NCBI GenBank assembly: GCA_963846575.1
Contig: CAWJWJ010000001.1
Location: forward strand, 640,001 to 704,000
Length of the DNA stretch: 64,000 nucleotides
Origin: an uncultured Nitrospiraceae bacterium
GTDB lineage: Bacteria > Nitrospirota > Nitrospiria > Nitrospirales > Nitrospiraceae
Direction of reading: 5' to 3'
The notes beneath the pieces were generated by a model. It was not told the DNA's origin. It did no database searches and saw only the letters and a list, made by a program, of their open reading frames with translations. Within the stretch, counting starts at the first letter, position 1. Every line of letters begins with the position of its first letter. Position numbers and translations under genes: made by a program. This document shows, piece after piece, positions 41,707 to 51,054 of this stretch.

Positions 41707-42075
41707 ATGCTGAGCGTGCAGCAGACTATCCCGATCTTGCGTATCTTCGACCTTCCGAAGGCACGTGAGTTTTATCTCGACTTCCTCGGATTCCGCGTTG
41801 ACTGGGAACACCGGTTCGATCCAACTGCTCCGGTCTATCTCCAGATTTCGCGGGACAGGTGCCTGCTGCACCTGACGGAACACCACGGCGACTGCTGCCC
41901 CGGCGCTACGATGCTGGTGCGAGTTTCCGGGTTGGAACAGTTTCATCAGGAAATCACGTCCAAGGGCTATGCGAACATGCGCCCGGGGATCGAGGTCGTT
42001 CCATGGAACGCAAAAGTCATGGAGGTCATCGATCCGTTCGGCAACCGCCTGCGCTTCACCGAAGACCTCTCCTAG
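41707..42075 (+). CDS. VOC/glyoxalase superfamily protein
   Basis: IPILRIFD, FY.DFLGF.VDWEH and DPFGNRLRF motifs; GGAGG SD. Confidence 0.92.
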   Translation: MLSVQQTIPILRIFDLPKAREFYLDFLGFRVDWEHRFDPTAPVYLQISRDRCLLHLTEHHGDCCPGATMLVRVSGLEQFHQEITSKGYANMRPGIEVVPWNAKVMEVIDPFGNRLRFTEDLS

Positions 42076-42192
42076 GTTGCCGGAGTGCCATCTTCTCAGC
42101 ATGCACCGGACCTGACCGCGGCTGGACCGGTAGACAGCACCCGGGACCCGCACAGGCTTCGCCCTCGAGCCGCCTGCCGATCGACAGCTTGA

Positions 42193-43056
42193 TCATCCCC
42201 AGGGATCGTCACCGTCCTGCGAGCGCGTCAGCACCCATTGACGGAACCCCGGGAGGCGAAACGACAGCAGGGCTTGAATCTTGTCGCTGCACATGGAGAG
42301 ATCCGGCGGGCGTGGCGGCCCCTGATAATCGGCCACCGACCCCGGTCTGATGTAAGGCCGGAGCTCAGGATACCAGCGCGCCAGCAGTTCACCGATCTCC
42401 CAACGTGACAGGCGTTCGCAGCCTCCCAGGTGGTAGAGCCCCGGTCGCGGACAGGCGGCAAATTCCCAGAGGGCCCTCGCCAGCGCCCCGGCCGGAATGG
42501 GGCAACGGAACTCGTCCGTGAAGAGCGTCAACGCCGTCCCCTTCGCCGCCGCCCGCACCATGTCCTCCACGAAACTCCTGTCCCTGGTCGGTGACGTTCC
42601 TGCTGTCAACGCGATGCGTAGGACTGAATGGACAGGATTCTGCAACACCACCTGTTCTGCTTCTGCCTTCGTCCGCCCGTACACGTTTAACGGATGGACC
42701 TGATCCGATTCGACATAGTGCCTCTTCGAGCCGTCGAACACTTGATCGCTAGAGAGCAGGACGAAGGGAATGTGCTTCGCCAGGCCGGCGAGTTGTCGGG
42801 TCGCTTCGACGTTGACCCGCCTGGCCAGCAGGGGGTCCTGTTCGCAGGCCCCCGTTCGACTCAATGCGGCACAGTGAATAACAAGATCAGGCTGAATGCG
42901 CTGCCAGAGCGCCTCCACCTGGACGAAATCCGTCAGGTCTGCGTCTGCCCTGGTAATCCCACGCACCTCCCACTGTGATCCCCATCGATCGGCGGACCGG
43001 ACGAGGTACTGCCCGATAAGACCGTTGGCCCCTGTAATCCATGCCACCGGCTTCAC
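42193..43056 (-). CDS. dTDP-4-dehydrorhamnose reductase-like SDR
   Basis: TGANGLIG, SSDQVFDG, YGRTK and LFTDEFRCP motifs; GTG start overlaps the upstream stop. Confidence 0.88.
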   Translation of the reverse strand: MKPVAWITGANGLIGQYLVRSADRWGSQWEVRGITRADADLTDFVQVEALWQRIQPDLVIHCAALSRTGACEQDPLLARRVNVEATRQLAGLAKHIPFVLLSSDQVFDGSKRHYVESDQVHPLNVYGRTKAEAEQVVLQNPVHSVLRIALTAGTSPTRDRSFVEDMVRAAAKGTALTLFTDEFRCPIPAGALARALWEFAACPRPGLYHLGGCERLSRWEIGELLARWYPELRPYIRPGSVADYQGPPRPPDLSMCSDKIQALLSFRLPGFRQWVLTRSQDGDDPWG

Positions 43057-43724
43057 GATACGCCTCGTCCGAGACGACGAATCGTCGGCACGTCGAGCAC
43101 TCGGGTGGTGGCCGGCGGCTGTTCGATGGACCAGACCATGGCCGCGAGCATGTCGCGAAGCGTGACCAGACCCAATCGCGTCGCCGCCTCGCTGGTGCCC
43201 GGCAACAGCTCCAGCAGGCGGTAAAGCGGCTGCAGCGCCAGCGGCCACCAATGACCGGGGCCAAGCACGTACCAGGGCCGGATGATGGTGGCGATGAGCC
43301 CGGCTTCGGCGATGGCCGCCTCGCACTGAGTCCGCACGTCGATATAATCCTGCATGATGGGCGCGGGATGCGCCACACTGACGTAGAGAAAATGCCGGAC
43401 GCCGGCCGCACGGGCTGCCCGAATCGCGGCCATTGCGGAGGGCCCGTCAATCGCGCGGAATTGCGATCCTTTCCAGGGCGCGGGTTTTGGAACCCCGACC
43501 AGGTGTACGAAAGTGTCAGCGCCTTCCGCCTGCCCGGCGAACGAATGACTTTCCAGTGGATTGCCGACGACCCCTTCGCAACCAGCGGGGATTTTGCGAA
43601 CGGATTCCGGACGGGTCAGGGCCCTGACGTGATGGCCCCGTTCAAGCAGGAGAGGGATCAGCCGGGATCCGACATAACCGGTTGCGCCTGTGACGAAGAG
43701 TCGGTGTATGACGCCCATGGTCAT
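43053..43724 (-). CDS. NAD(P)-binding epimerase/SDR family protein
   Basis: FVTGATGYVG Rossmann motif. Confidence 0.88.
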   Translation of the reverse strand: MTMGVIHRLFVTGATGYVGSRLIPLLLERGHHVRALTRPESVRKIPAGCEGVVGNPLESHSFAGQAEGADTFVHLVGVPKPAPWKGSQFRAIDGPSAMAAIRAARAAGVRHFLYVSVAHPAPIMQDYIDVRTQCEAAIAEAGLIATIIRPWYVLGPGHWWPLALQPLYRLLELLPGTSEAATRLGLVTLRDMLAAMVWSIEQPPATTRVLDVPTIRRLGRGVS

Positions 43725-44983
43725 GGCTCTGAAAAGATGGCGGGTGGGCCCATTATGAAAGCCGCCCAGTCCGCCCTGCGCGTCATGGCGTCGCGGCCGG
43801 CTGAGACGAGACGCGCGGCCGCCTCAATCAGGAGGGCCTGGTCCTCCGCCGTCAGGCCCAGGTTCGTTTTGATGGCAGTGACCCGCGCGCCGAGCGAATC
43901 GCTCTCCGGCAACTGGCGCAGGGCGATGTGCCAAAAATGGCAGAGCCCTCCGGCTCCAGCGGGCCCCACCTGAAAGGTCCCGACCATGGTGGCATCCTGT
44001 TCAGCGGCAGGAATTCCGGCCAGCTCCAACACATTCCGGCGGTGGCCTTTCAGCAAGGCTGCGGCAGCGGAGAGCGGTTTGCGCGCCCCATTGTTCTGAC
44101 GGCCCGTCGCATCGATGGACACCGCCAGACAACCGCGAGGAAACAGCTGCGACATGGAATGCGCCGAGAGCGCTTCGTTCACGACAGACATCAGAGTCCG
44201 GATACCGAGATTGTCTGTCGCACCGCCATCGTAGGCTAAGAGCGGCGGGTGCGCGGATGGAGTCCCCCCGGCCCCTCCATAGGGAACGGCGAGCGGCTCC
44301 AACACCCCGGGATAGGCCGCCGACATGTACGCGGCCCTGGCCAGACTAAAAGAGGCCAAGGGTCGCTGCAACGCCCTGAACCCTTCATCGGAAATAATGA
44401 ACGGTTCCCCCGTGACTGCATCGGTCGCATTCATCAGCAGGATGGGTTTCGAGGGATTGAGATCGGCAAAGGTGGCGCCGCGAAAGAGCCGGTCGTCCAG
44501 GACCTGAATGACCTGCTCGGCAGGAATGCTATCGGTCAGCGCGTACCGGATCGCGTTCTTCGGCACTGCATACCAGGGGCCCAGCATCGCGCGCTGAAAA
44601 TCGCGCCCGATCTGCTCCACGAATCCATTGCGAAAACTGAAATCGCGGTACCCTTCCAGCGCATAGGCGGCGGCCGGCAGTGCGCCCCCCGACACGGCCG
44701 ACATGACATCGACCTGATCCAAAAGCCCCACCCGGTCGAGTTCTCGCATGACCGCGGCACCGAAGACGGCCGCACGGCTCCCCCCACCCGAGAAGGCGAG
44801 GCCGATGAATCGGCCGTCGGCCAATTCTCTGGTCCCCAAATGCGTGGTGGCTCTGGTGCTGGAAGGGAGGGACGCGGCCTTCAGGACCGGCGCTGACTCA
44901 ACCGCGGTGCAGGAGAGGGAGAGGCCGGCTACAGCGAACGCCGCCAAGGAATGCCCTATGCGAAGTCTGCGCCACATCCCCAT
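43721..44983 (-). CDS. Patatin-like phospholipase (lipoprotein)
   Basis: SGGGSRAA, SAVSGG and DGG motifs; lipobox-like SLSC. Confidence 0.88.
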   Translation of the reverse strand: MGMWRRLRIGHSLAAFAVAGLSLSCTAVESAPVLKAASLPSSTRATTHLGTRELADGRFIGLAFSGGGSRAAVFGAAVMRELDRVGLLDQVDVMSAVSGGALPAAAYALEGYRDFSFRNGFVEQIGRDFQRAMLGPWYAVPKNAIRYALTDSIPAEQVIQVLDDRLFRGATFADLNPSKPILLMNATDAVTGEPFIISDEGFRALQRPLASFSLARAAYMSAAYPGVLEPLAVPYGGAGGTPSAHPPLLAYDGGATDNLGIRTLMSVVNEALSAHSMSQLFPRGCLAVSIDATGRQNNGARKPLSAAAALLKGHRRNVLELAGIPAAEQDATMVGTFQVGPAGAGGLCHFWHIALRQLPESDSLGARVTAIKTNLGLTAEDQALLIEAAARLVSAGRDAMTRRADWAAFIMGPPAIFSEP

Positions 44984-45098
44984 GCATCCATTACGGCGGA
45001 AACCCGGATACGGATGTCCCTGTTCGCTCGACGTGGCCTGATCGAGGCGCGGGGCGCTCTGCCCACGCGCCTCGACATTGCTGAAGCCCCCACACGGA

Positions 45099-46781
45099 CT
45101 AATTTCTCGTCAGCTTGCGATACCGAATGCGATGCGGCTGGTCGGCTTCCTTGCCCAGTCGTTTCTTCCGATCGGCCTCGTATTCGCTGTAATTGCCTTC
45201 GTACCAGACGACCTTGCTGTCTCCCTCGAAGGCCAGAATGTGGGTGGCCACACGGTCCAGGAACCAGCGATCGTGGCTGCTGATGACCGCGCAGCCGGCA
45301 AATCCTTCCAGGCCCTCTTCCAGCGCGCGCAATGTATTCACATCCAGGTCATTCGTCGGTTCGTCGAGGATGATGAAATTGGCCCCTTCCTTCAGCATGC
45401 GTGCCAGATGGACACGATTCCGCTCACCACCCGACAAATCCTTGACCTTCTTCTGTTGATCCGTTCCGGCAAAATTGAACCGGGCGCAGTAGCCGCGGGC
45501 ATTCACTTCGGCCTTCCCCAGCATGATCGTATCCTGCCCCTCGGAAATGATTTCATAGACCGTCTTATTCGGGTCGAGCGTACGATCCTGGTCGACATAG
45601 CCGAGCTTGACCGTTTCCCCGATCCTGATGGACCCCGCATCCGGCTTTTCCTTGCCGATGATCAGGCGAAACATCGTCGTCTTACCCGCACCATTGGGAC
45701 CGATCACGCCGACAATGCCGCCTTTCGGCAGGCTGAACTCGACGTTTTCGTACAGCACGTTCTCGCCGAAGGCCTTGCTGATGCCCTTGGCCTCCACCAC
45801 CAGGTCCCCGAGTCGCGGTCCCGGGGGAATATAGATTTCAAGATCGGCGGCCAGCTGGTCCTGCTTCTGGTTGACCAATTCCTCATACCGATTGAGCCGC
45901 GCCTTGCCCTTGGATTGTCGCGCCTTCGGCGACATGCGGATCCATTCCAATTCGTGCTCGAGGGTTTTCTTCCGTTTGGATTCGGCCTTCTCTTCCTTCT
46001 CCAACCGGTCCTGCTTCTGCTCAAGCCAGGAGGTGTAGTTCCCCTGGAAGGGAATGCCATGCCCGCGGTCGAGTTCCAGAATCCACCCCGCCACATTATC
46101 AAGGAAGTAGCGATCGTGCGTCACGGCAATGACCGTGCCCTTGTACTGTTGCAAATGCTGCTCGAGCCACTGCACGGACTCGGCATCGAGGTGGTTCGTC
46201 GGCTCATCGAGCAGCAGAATGTCCGGTTCCTGGATCATGAGGCGGCAGAGGGCCACGCGGCGTTTCTCACCGCCGGACAAGACGCTGATTTTCTGGTCCG
46301 CAGGCGGGCAACGCAAGGCATCCATGGCGATCTCGAGTTCGCTCTCCAGTTCCCACCCGTTCGCCGCTTCGATCTTTTCCTGCAGCTGGGCCTGCTTGTC
46401 GATGAGCTTCTCCATTTCATCAGGACCCGCCTCACCCATGCTATTGCTGACCGCCTCGTATTCGTGGAGCAGCGCCACCAGTTCCTTTTTCCCCTCCTCG
46501 ACGACTTCCTTGACCGTTTTGTTGGGATCGAGCTGCGGCTCCTGCTCCAGCAGCCCGACGCTGTACCCCTTGGATCGCGTGATTTCGCCGACATAATTCG
46601 GATCGATCCCGGCAATGATCTTCAGGAGCGAGCTTTTCCCGGATCCGTTCAGGCCCAGCACCCCGATCTTGGCGCCGTAGTAGAAGCCGAGGTAGATATC
46701 TCGCAACACCTGTCGTTTCGGCGGATAGACCTTGCCGACCCCGACCAGAGAAAAAATGACTTGCTTATCGTTCGTCGCCAT
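45099..46781 (-). CDS. ettA: Energy-dependent translational throttle protein (ABC-F)
   Basis: Two ABC domains; [33 protein letters not shown] and C-terminal PHRIRYRKL. Confidence 0.97.
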   Translation of the reverse strand: MATNDKQVIFSLVGVGKVYPPKRQVLRDIYLGFYYGAKIGVLGLNGSGKSSLLKIIAGIDPNYVGEITRSKGYSVGLLEQEPQLDPNKTVKEVVEEGKKELVALLHEYEAVSNSMGEAGPDEMEKLIDKQAQLQEKIEAANGWELESELEIAMDALRCPPADQKISVLSGGEKRRVALCRLMIQEPDILLLDEPTNHLDAESVQWLEQHLQQYKGTVIAVTHDRYFLDNVAGWILELDRGHGIPFQGNYTSWLEQKQDRLEKEEKAESKRKKTLEHELEWIRMSPKARQSKGKARLNRYEELVNQKQDQLAADLEIYIPPGPRLGDLVVEAKGISKAFGENVLYENVEFSLPKGGIVGVIGPNGAGKTTMFRLIIGKEKPDAGSIRIGETVKLGYVDQDRTLDPNKTVYEIISEGQDTIMLGKAEVNARGYCARFNFAGTDQQKKVKDLSGGERNRVHLARMLKEGANFIILDEPTNDLDVNTLRALEEGLEGFAGCAVISSHDRWFLDRVATHILAFEGDSKVVWYEGNYSEYEADRKKRLGKEADQPHRIRYRKLTRN

Positions 46782-46928
46782 AGCCATCCTCGGTTGAATT
46801 TGAACCAGCCGGTCACCTTAACAAAGAGCGCACAGCCGGCACAACCGGTACCGGCGCAGTGGCGGCCGGAAGGAAGGGTTTGGGGTTGGAGATAGACAAC
46901 CGGCAGAACTTTGGGGGGAGGTCTTCCG

Positions 46929-47651
46929 ATGAGTAATCTCAGACTGTCGAACGGGTCTGACCGCAGGGGGCTGCTAGTGGCGCTGGTGATGGGCCTGCTC
47001 ATGGGTGCCGTTCCTGACGTTCAGCCGGCAGAGGACCGGGAGCAGCGGGACCTGGTGGATCAGTCGCGCATGACGCTGTCCAATTTTCTCGCCGATCCGA
47101 ACATGTCCTGGTTTCGCGATCACCTTAAAGACGCGAAGGGCCTGTTCATCGTGCCGCAGTTTCTGAAGGCGGCGCTGATCTACGGCGGAGCGGGCGGCAG
47201 CGGGGTGTTCCTGGCGAGGGATGAGAAAATCGGGGCATGGAGCGAGCCGGCTTTCTTCACCATGGGGGCCGCCAGTTTCGGACTTCAGTTCGGCGCCCAA
47301 GCGTCGGAGGTCGTGCTGCTTATCCTGACGCAGCGCGGAGTAGATTCGCTGCTCCTGGGGAATTTCAAGCTGGGGGCCGACGGATCCGTGGCTGTGGGGC
47401 CGGTCGGAGCGGGGGTCTCCGGCGCCACCACGCCGAACCTGTCTGCGGATCTGTTGTCGTTTGTGAGGGCCAAGGGTCTCTTCGCCGGAGTTTCCCTGGA
47501 AGGGGCCGCGCTGATTTCCAGGGATGAGTGGAACCGCGCCTACTACGGAAAGGCCGTGACGCCGACCGACATCGTCATCCGGCGCGAGGTGGCCAATCCG
47601 CACTCGGAGCATTTGCGGGAGGAAATCGTCAAAGCGACTAGAACGCAGTGA
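46929..47651 (+). CDS. Lipid-binding SYLF/Ysc84-domain protein
   Basis: GG.GG.GV, WSEPAF, S.GLQFG.Q, KGLFAGVSLEG and N.AYYG motifs. Confidence 0.9.
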   Translation: MSNLRLSNGSDRRGLLVALVMGLLMGAVPDVQPAEDREQRDLVDQSRMTLSNFLADPNMSWFRDHLKDAKGLFIVPQFLKAALIYGGAGGSGVFLARDEKIGAWSEPAFFTMGAASFGLQFGAQASEVVLLILTQRGVDSLLLGNFKLGADGSVAVGPVGAGVSGATTPNLSADLLSFVRAKGLFAGVSLEGAALISRDEWNRAYYGKAVTPTDIVIRREVANPHSEHLREEIVKATRTQ

Positions 47652-47708
47652 TGCTGCCGTACCAATGGGCGCCGAACGGGAGGCAGACGCAAGGGTCCGC
47701 GCGGTAAT

Positions 47709-48515
47709 CTAGAGCGAGTGCAGGGCCTGCAGCCCCTGCCTGGCCTGGGCGGCCATGGCGGCGAGCCCGGCACGCACCTCCTGCGCATTCCGCACTGGCG
47801 TGGAAAACGCGACCCGTCCTCCCTGCATCCGGTCGGCGGTCTTGATGCGGAGGTGAAATCCCAACCGGTCCAGGGCGGTCATCGTCACCTGCTGCGCCTC
47901 CACATTGCCATAGACCCTGGCGAGGAGCAGGAGGATCTCGGCCTGCTCCTGATTTAGTTCTCGAATCACATGCGAGGCCTCGTCCGCCAGCGGGTCCACC
48001 GCCGCCGCCGCATACTCTTCCGGTGCGACCCAGCCCATCGATCCGAACCCTCCGACAAAATAAATGTCCGCGATCTCCATGCGGAAAAATCCGAAATCAT
48101 TAAAGTCCACCCAGTAGGAGGCGTTGGGATGTCGGGCCAGGTAGAGTGCACGAACCTGGGCCACGTCCCCGTCCGGCACCCTGGTCGCCGAGCCCATCAA
48201 TGTCACTCTGGCGGCACCGAGAGGATCGGTTCGGCTTTCCGGCGGGGTCACCAACAAGCTCGCACGTGGATCGCCCAGGAGATTCTGGGTGTGCATGGCC
48301 ATGGTGCTGATCAGGAAAACCGGCCGTCCCTGCTCATCCAGTCCATAAGGCATGACTGATCCGAAGGGCCAGCCCGGTTGCTTCCGCGAGAGGGTGGAGA
48401 GACCGCCCGTTTGCTGCAAGTGCACCAAGGTTCGGGCCCGCTCGGCATGGGACGGTTCAGGAACGTCAGGGCCGTCGGAATCCGGCCCGCTGTTATGCTG
48501 TCTCGCTGATGACAA
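47709..48515 (-). CDS. HugZ/pyridoxamine 5'-phosphate oxidase-like split-barrel protein
   Basis: PFGSV, LIS.MA.HTQNL..DPRASL and FVGGFG.MGWV motifs; TTG start after GAGGT. Confidence 0.88.
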   Translation of the reverse strand: MSSARQHNSGPDSDGPDVPEPSHAERARTLVHLQQTGGLSTLSRKQPGWPFGSVMPYGLDEQGRPVFLISTMAMHTQNLLGDPRASLLVTPPESRTDPLGAARVTLMGSATRVPDGDVAQVRALYLARHPNASYWVDFNDFGFFRMEIADIYFVGGFGSMGWVAPEEYAAAAVDPLADEASHVIRELNQEQAEILLLLARVYGNVEAQQVTMTALDRLGFHLRIKTADRMQGGRVAFSTPVRNAQEVRAGLAAMAAQARQGLQALHSL

Positions 48516-48626
48516 TCGTGACCTCGTTTCTATGCGATAGACTGTGCGACACCTTACCTCGGATACGGCGGGAATATCCACCGAAGGCGCGTAGACGGAC
48601 GTCCGCCGTCTGACGTCGTCCGACCG

Positions 48627-48794
48627 TTAAAACCCGCGATCCTCCGAAAGCCGCACTTCCGACTCATCCACGATTTCTTCCAGGCAGCTGAAACAGGAAA
48701 AGGGGAACTGCGTGACCGGGACCGCACAGACTTCGCCCACCGGCGATTCATCCAGCGCCGGGCCGCCGCATTCTTTGTGGATCAAGACCAACAT
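48627..48794 (-). CDS. Small acidic putative metal-binding protein (55 aa, HxxC...CxxC)
   Basis: Not in the ORF track. GGAGGAG SD, then MLVLIHKECGGPALDESPVGEVCAVPVTQFPFSCFSCLEEIVDESEVRLSEDRGF*. Confidence 0.78.
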   Translation of the reverse strand: MLVLIHKECGGPALDESPVGEVCAVPVTQFPFSCFSCLEEIVDESEVRLSEDRGF

Positions 48795-48808
48795 CGATGC
48801 TCCTCCGT

Positions 48809-49570
48809 TTAACGGCAGACCAGCCGGCGAAAGGTGTCCAAATGTTCGGGGCTGCTCAGCCGGTGATCGCCGGTTTTGAGCAACAACTCGATGGGAAACT
48901 CCGGGTCCTGTGACAAGACCTGCTGGACGAAGGCCCAGCTGCCCTCCGGGCGGATAACCGTATCCTGGAGCCCGTGGAGGATCGTCGTCTTTACGCGCCG
49001 AGGCCTGATATGCCGTCGCTCCCAGAGAACCTGACTATCTTCGACCCACTGCCAGGGAATCGGCGCATCTCTGTGCATCGGGTCATCGTCCCAGGGCATC
49101 GATCCTGTCGCCTGCCAGCGCTCCCGCCGTTCGGCGGAAATTTGCGAGGCGCGGACGTCCATCATGTTGAAGGCCGGAGCGATGAGAATCAGCTCTTCGA
49201 CGATCTGTTGCTCCTGCGCCACCAGCCAGGCGAGCCAGCCGCCCAACGAATTGCCAACGATGGTCAGCGGCGGCCCATCAGCGACAAGCTTGGATACGGC
49301 GTCCGCATCTTCCAGCCACTGGAGCAGACGGTACTCGCCCCACGTACCATCCGAGTCGCCCCACCCGCGAAAGTCGAAGCAACAGAATCCCCAGCCCCGT
49401 TCCTGACACCACGAAGCCAGGGCTTTGCTCTTATTGCCCCATCGTTTGGACAGGAATCCGGTGATGAAGAGGATCTGGCGCTCCTTGCCCGGCACGCGGT
49501 CGCCGCGAATCATTTTCTGATCCGCCCCTCTGAGCTCGAACATCGTGGTTTCACGCGCCATGGAGGTCAT
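48809..49570 (-). CDS. Alpha/beta hydrolase (ABHD10-like)
   Basis: FD.RG.GDS, GNSLGG, HG.QD and GDHRLS motifs. Confidence 0.9.
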   Translation of the reverse strand: MTSMARETTMFELRGADQKMIRGDRVPGKERQILFITGFLSKRWGNKSKALASWCQERGWGFCCFDFRGWGDSDGTWGEYRLLQWLEDADAVSKLVADGPPLTIVGNSLGGWLAWLVAQEQQIVEELILIAPAFNMMDVRASQISAERRERWQATGSMPWDDDPMHRDAPIPWQWVEDSQVLWERRHIRPRRVKTTILHGLQDTVIRPEGSWAFVQQVLSQDPEFPIELLLKTGDHRLSSPEHLDTFRRLVCR

Positions 49571-50282
49571 TTCCGGAAGGTGTAAGGGTCATCAACAACA
49601 GGGCCGGGCAGCCCAGCCGATCTTTCCACGCTTCACGGCGCGCGATCAGCTGTTCGTCCACCCGGGGTTCTTCAAAACGTGCGATCGACAACCCCGCCTG
49701 TTGCACCGCGGCCAGAATCTCCTGCGTTTCGTGAATGGTCCCCTGCGTCCGGTACTGCCGGCCGGCGGCCGTAAAGCGCACGGTGGGGCCGGTCTTCCGT
49801 TGCATGTCCGGGTGCACGGCCGTGACGATGGCGCGCCCTCCCGGTCTGAGCGTGCGGGCGATGCCGTCAAAAAATTTCCGCAGGTCTTGGACGTGGTCCA
49901 GCACCAGCCCCGAGATGATGCGGTCGAAGGTGGCGGCGCCGAAGGGCAGGCATTCGACCGATGCTTGCACCAATGTCGCCGCGATGCCGTCCGGAGTGTG
50001 CCGCCTGGCCCGTTGCAGCATGCCTCGAGACAGGTCCGCGCCGACCACGTACGTCCCATGACGCATTAGCCGGAGATAGCGTCCTGTCCCGCAACCAAGG
50101 TCCAGAATGCGGCATCCTTCAAAGGGCTCCAGCTGAGCCACGAGAAACGGTTCATCGAGCAGCGTGGACGGATCCTCGTCGTCATAATGTTCCGCCCATT
50201 CGTCATAGGCCGACTGCGTGGAGAGGAACTCTGCCGTTCTGCGATCATCTTCCATATTCACCGTCACACATGACTCGGCCAT
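49551..50282 (-). CDS. Class I SAM-dependent methyltransferase
   Basis: YDEWA..YD, LDLGCGTGR and LRPGG motifs. Confidence 0.9.
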   Translation of the reverse strand: MAESCVTVNMEDDRRTAEFLSTQSAYDEWAEHYDDEDPSTLLDEPFLVAQLEPFEGCRILDLGCGTGRYLRLMRHGTYVVGADLSRGMLQRARRHTPDGIAATLVQASVECLPFGAATFDRIISGLVLDHVQDLRKFFDGIARTLRPGGRAIVTAVHPDMQRKTGPTVRFTAAGRQYRTQGTIHETQEILAAVQQAGLSIARFEEPRVDEQLIARREAWKDRLGCPALLLMTLTPSGNDLHGA

Positions 50283-50286
50283 GGAC

Positions 50287-51000
50287 TCAGGCGAAGGCCT
50301 TGATGATGAACGTGCCGAGCTGCCGCAGCACGGGCTCGGGAATTTCATGGCCGCCGCGGAAGGGATGCCATACCACCTTCATCCCGGCCTGGAGGAATTC
50401 ATCTCGCAACCGCTCCGCCATCACATAATCCAGGATGGGGTCCTGCGTCCCGTGACTCTGAAACAGGGGCAGCCCCTTTCGTTTTGCGAGCAACGGCCCC
50501 CATTCCTGTTTAGCCACCAGCGTGCCGGACAGCTGGATGAGTCCAGCGTAGGGTTGCGTGCTATGCAGCACTGCGTCGCAGGAGAGCATCGCACCCTGCG
50601 AGAAGCCGCCCAGGATCGTCTGTTTGGGATCGACGCCGAGTTTCCGGTGCAACTCATCGAGCAGGATCTTCATACGCTCGCGCGCCTCGGAAAGCCCTCG
50701 AGGGATCTCGTTCGACATATCCCGACTTTTCCCTACGGCTCGGTCGGCTTGAATCCGGGCCATGTCGATCATCCACCAGGCGCGCGAATCGCCGAACCCC
50801 ATGGGAATCGAGATCGGGGCTTCAGGGAAAAGGAAACGTGTCCCGGCAGGGGCATCGAGATATTCCGAGAGCGCGACCAGGTCGTCGCCCGGCGCGCCAA
50901 ATCCGTGTAATAGGAGGACCAGGGGTCCACTGCCCCCACCTTTGCCGTCGGTGCCTCCCGTCAAGCGAATCGTGAGGCCGCCTACTTTGTCAATGCGCAT
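50287..51000 (-). CDS. Phospholipase/carboxylesterase
   Basis: LHGFGA, GGFSQGA, HG.QDP and GGHEI motifs. Confidence 0.92.
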   Translation of the reverse strand: MRIDKVGGLTIRLTGGTDGKGGGSGPLVLLLHGFGAPGDDLVALSEYLDAPAGTRFLFPEAPISIPMGFGDSRAWWMIDMARIQADRAVGKSRDMSNEIPRGLSEARERMKILLDELHRKLGVDPKQTILGGFSQGAMLSCDAVLHSTQPYAGLIQLSGTLVAKQEWGPLLAKRKGLPLFQSHGTQDPILDYVMAERLRDEFLQAGMKVVWHPFRGGHEIPEPVLRQLGTFIIKAFA

Positions 51001-51054
51001 GGCCCGAAGTCTCCTACGTGATAGTCATTCCCCGCAAAAATGGCGCGCGTTGGC

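Noticed and set aside
45078..46895. 605 aa plus-strand ORF
   Set aside because: Antisense shadow of ettA, with no motifs of its own.
48554..48751. 65 aa ORF from the track
   Set aside because: An alternative frame (48627-48794) has the strong SD and a coherent Cys/His pattern.
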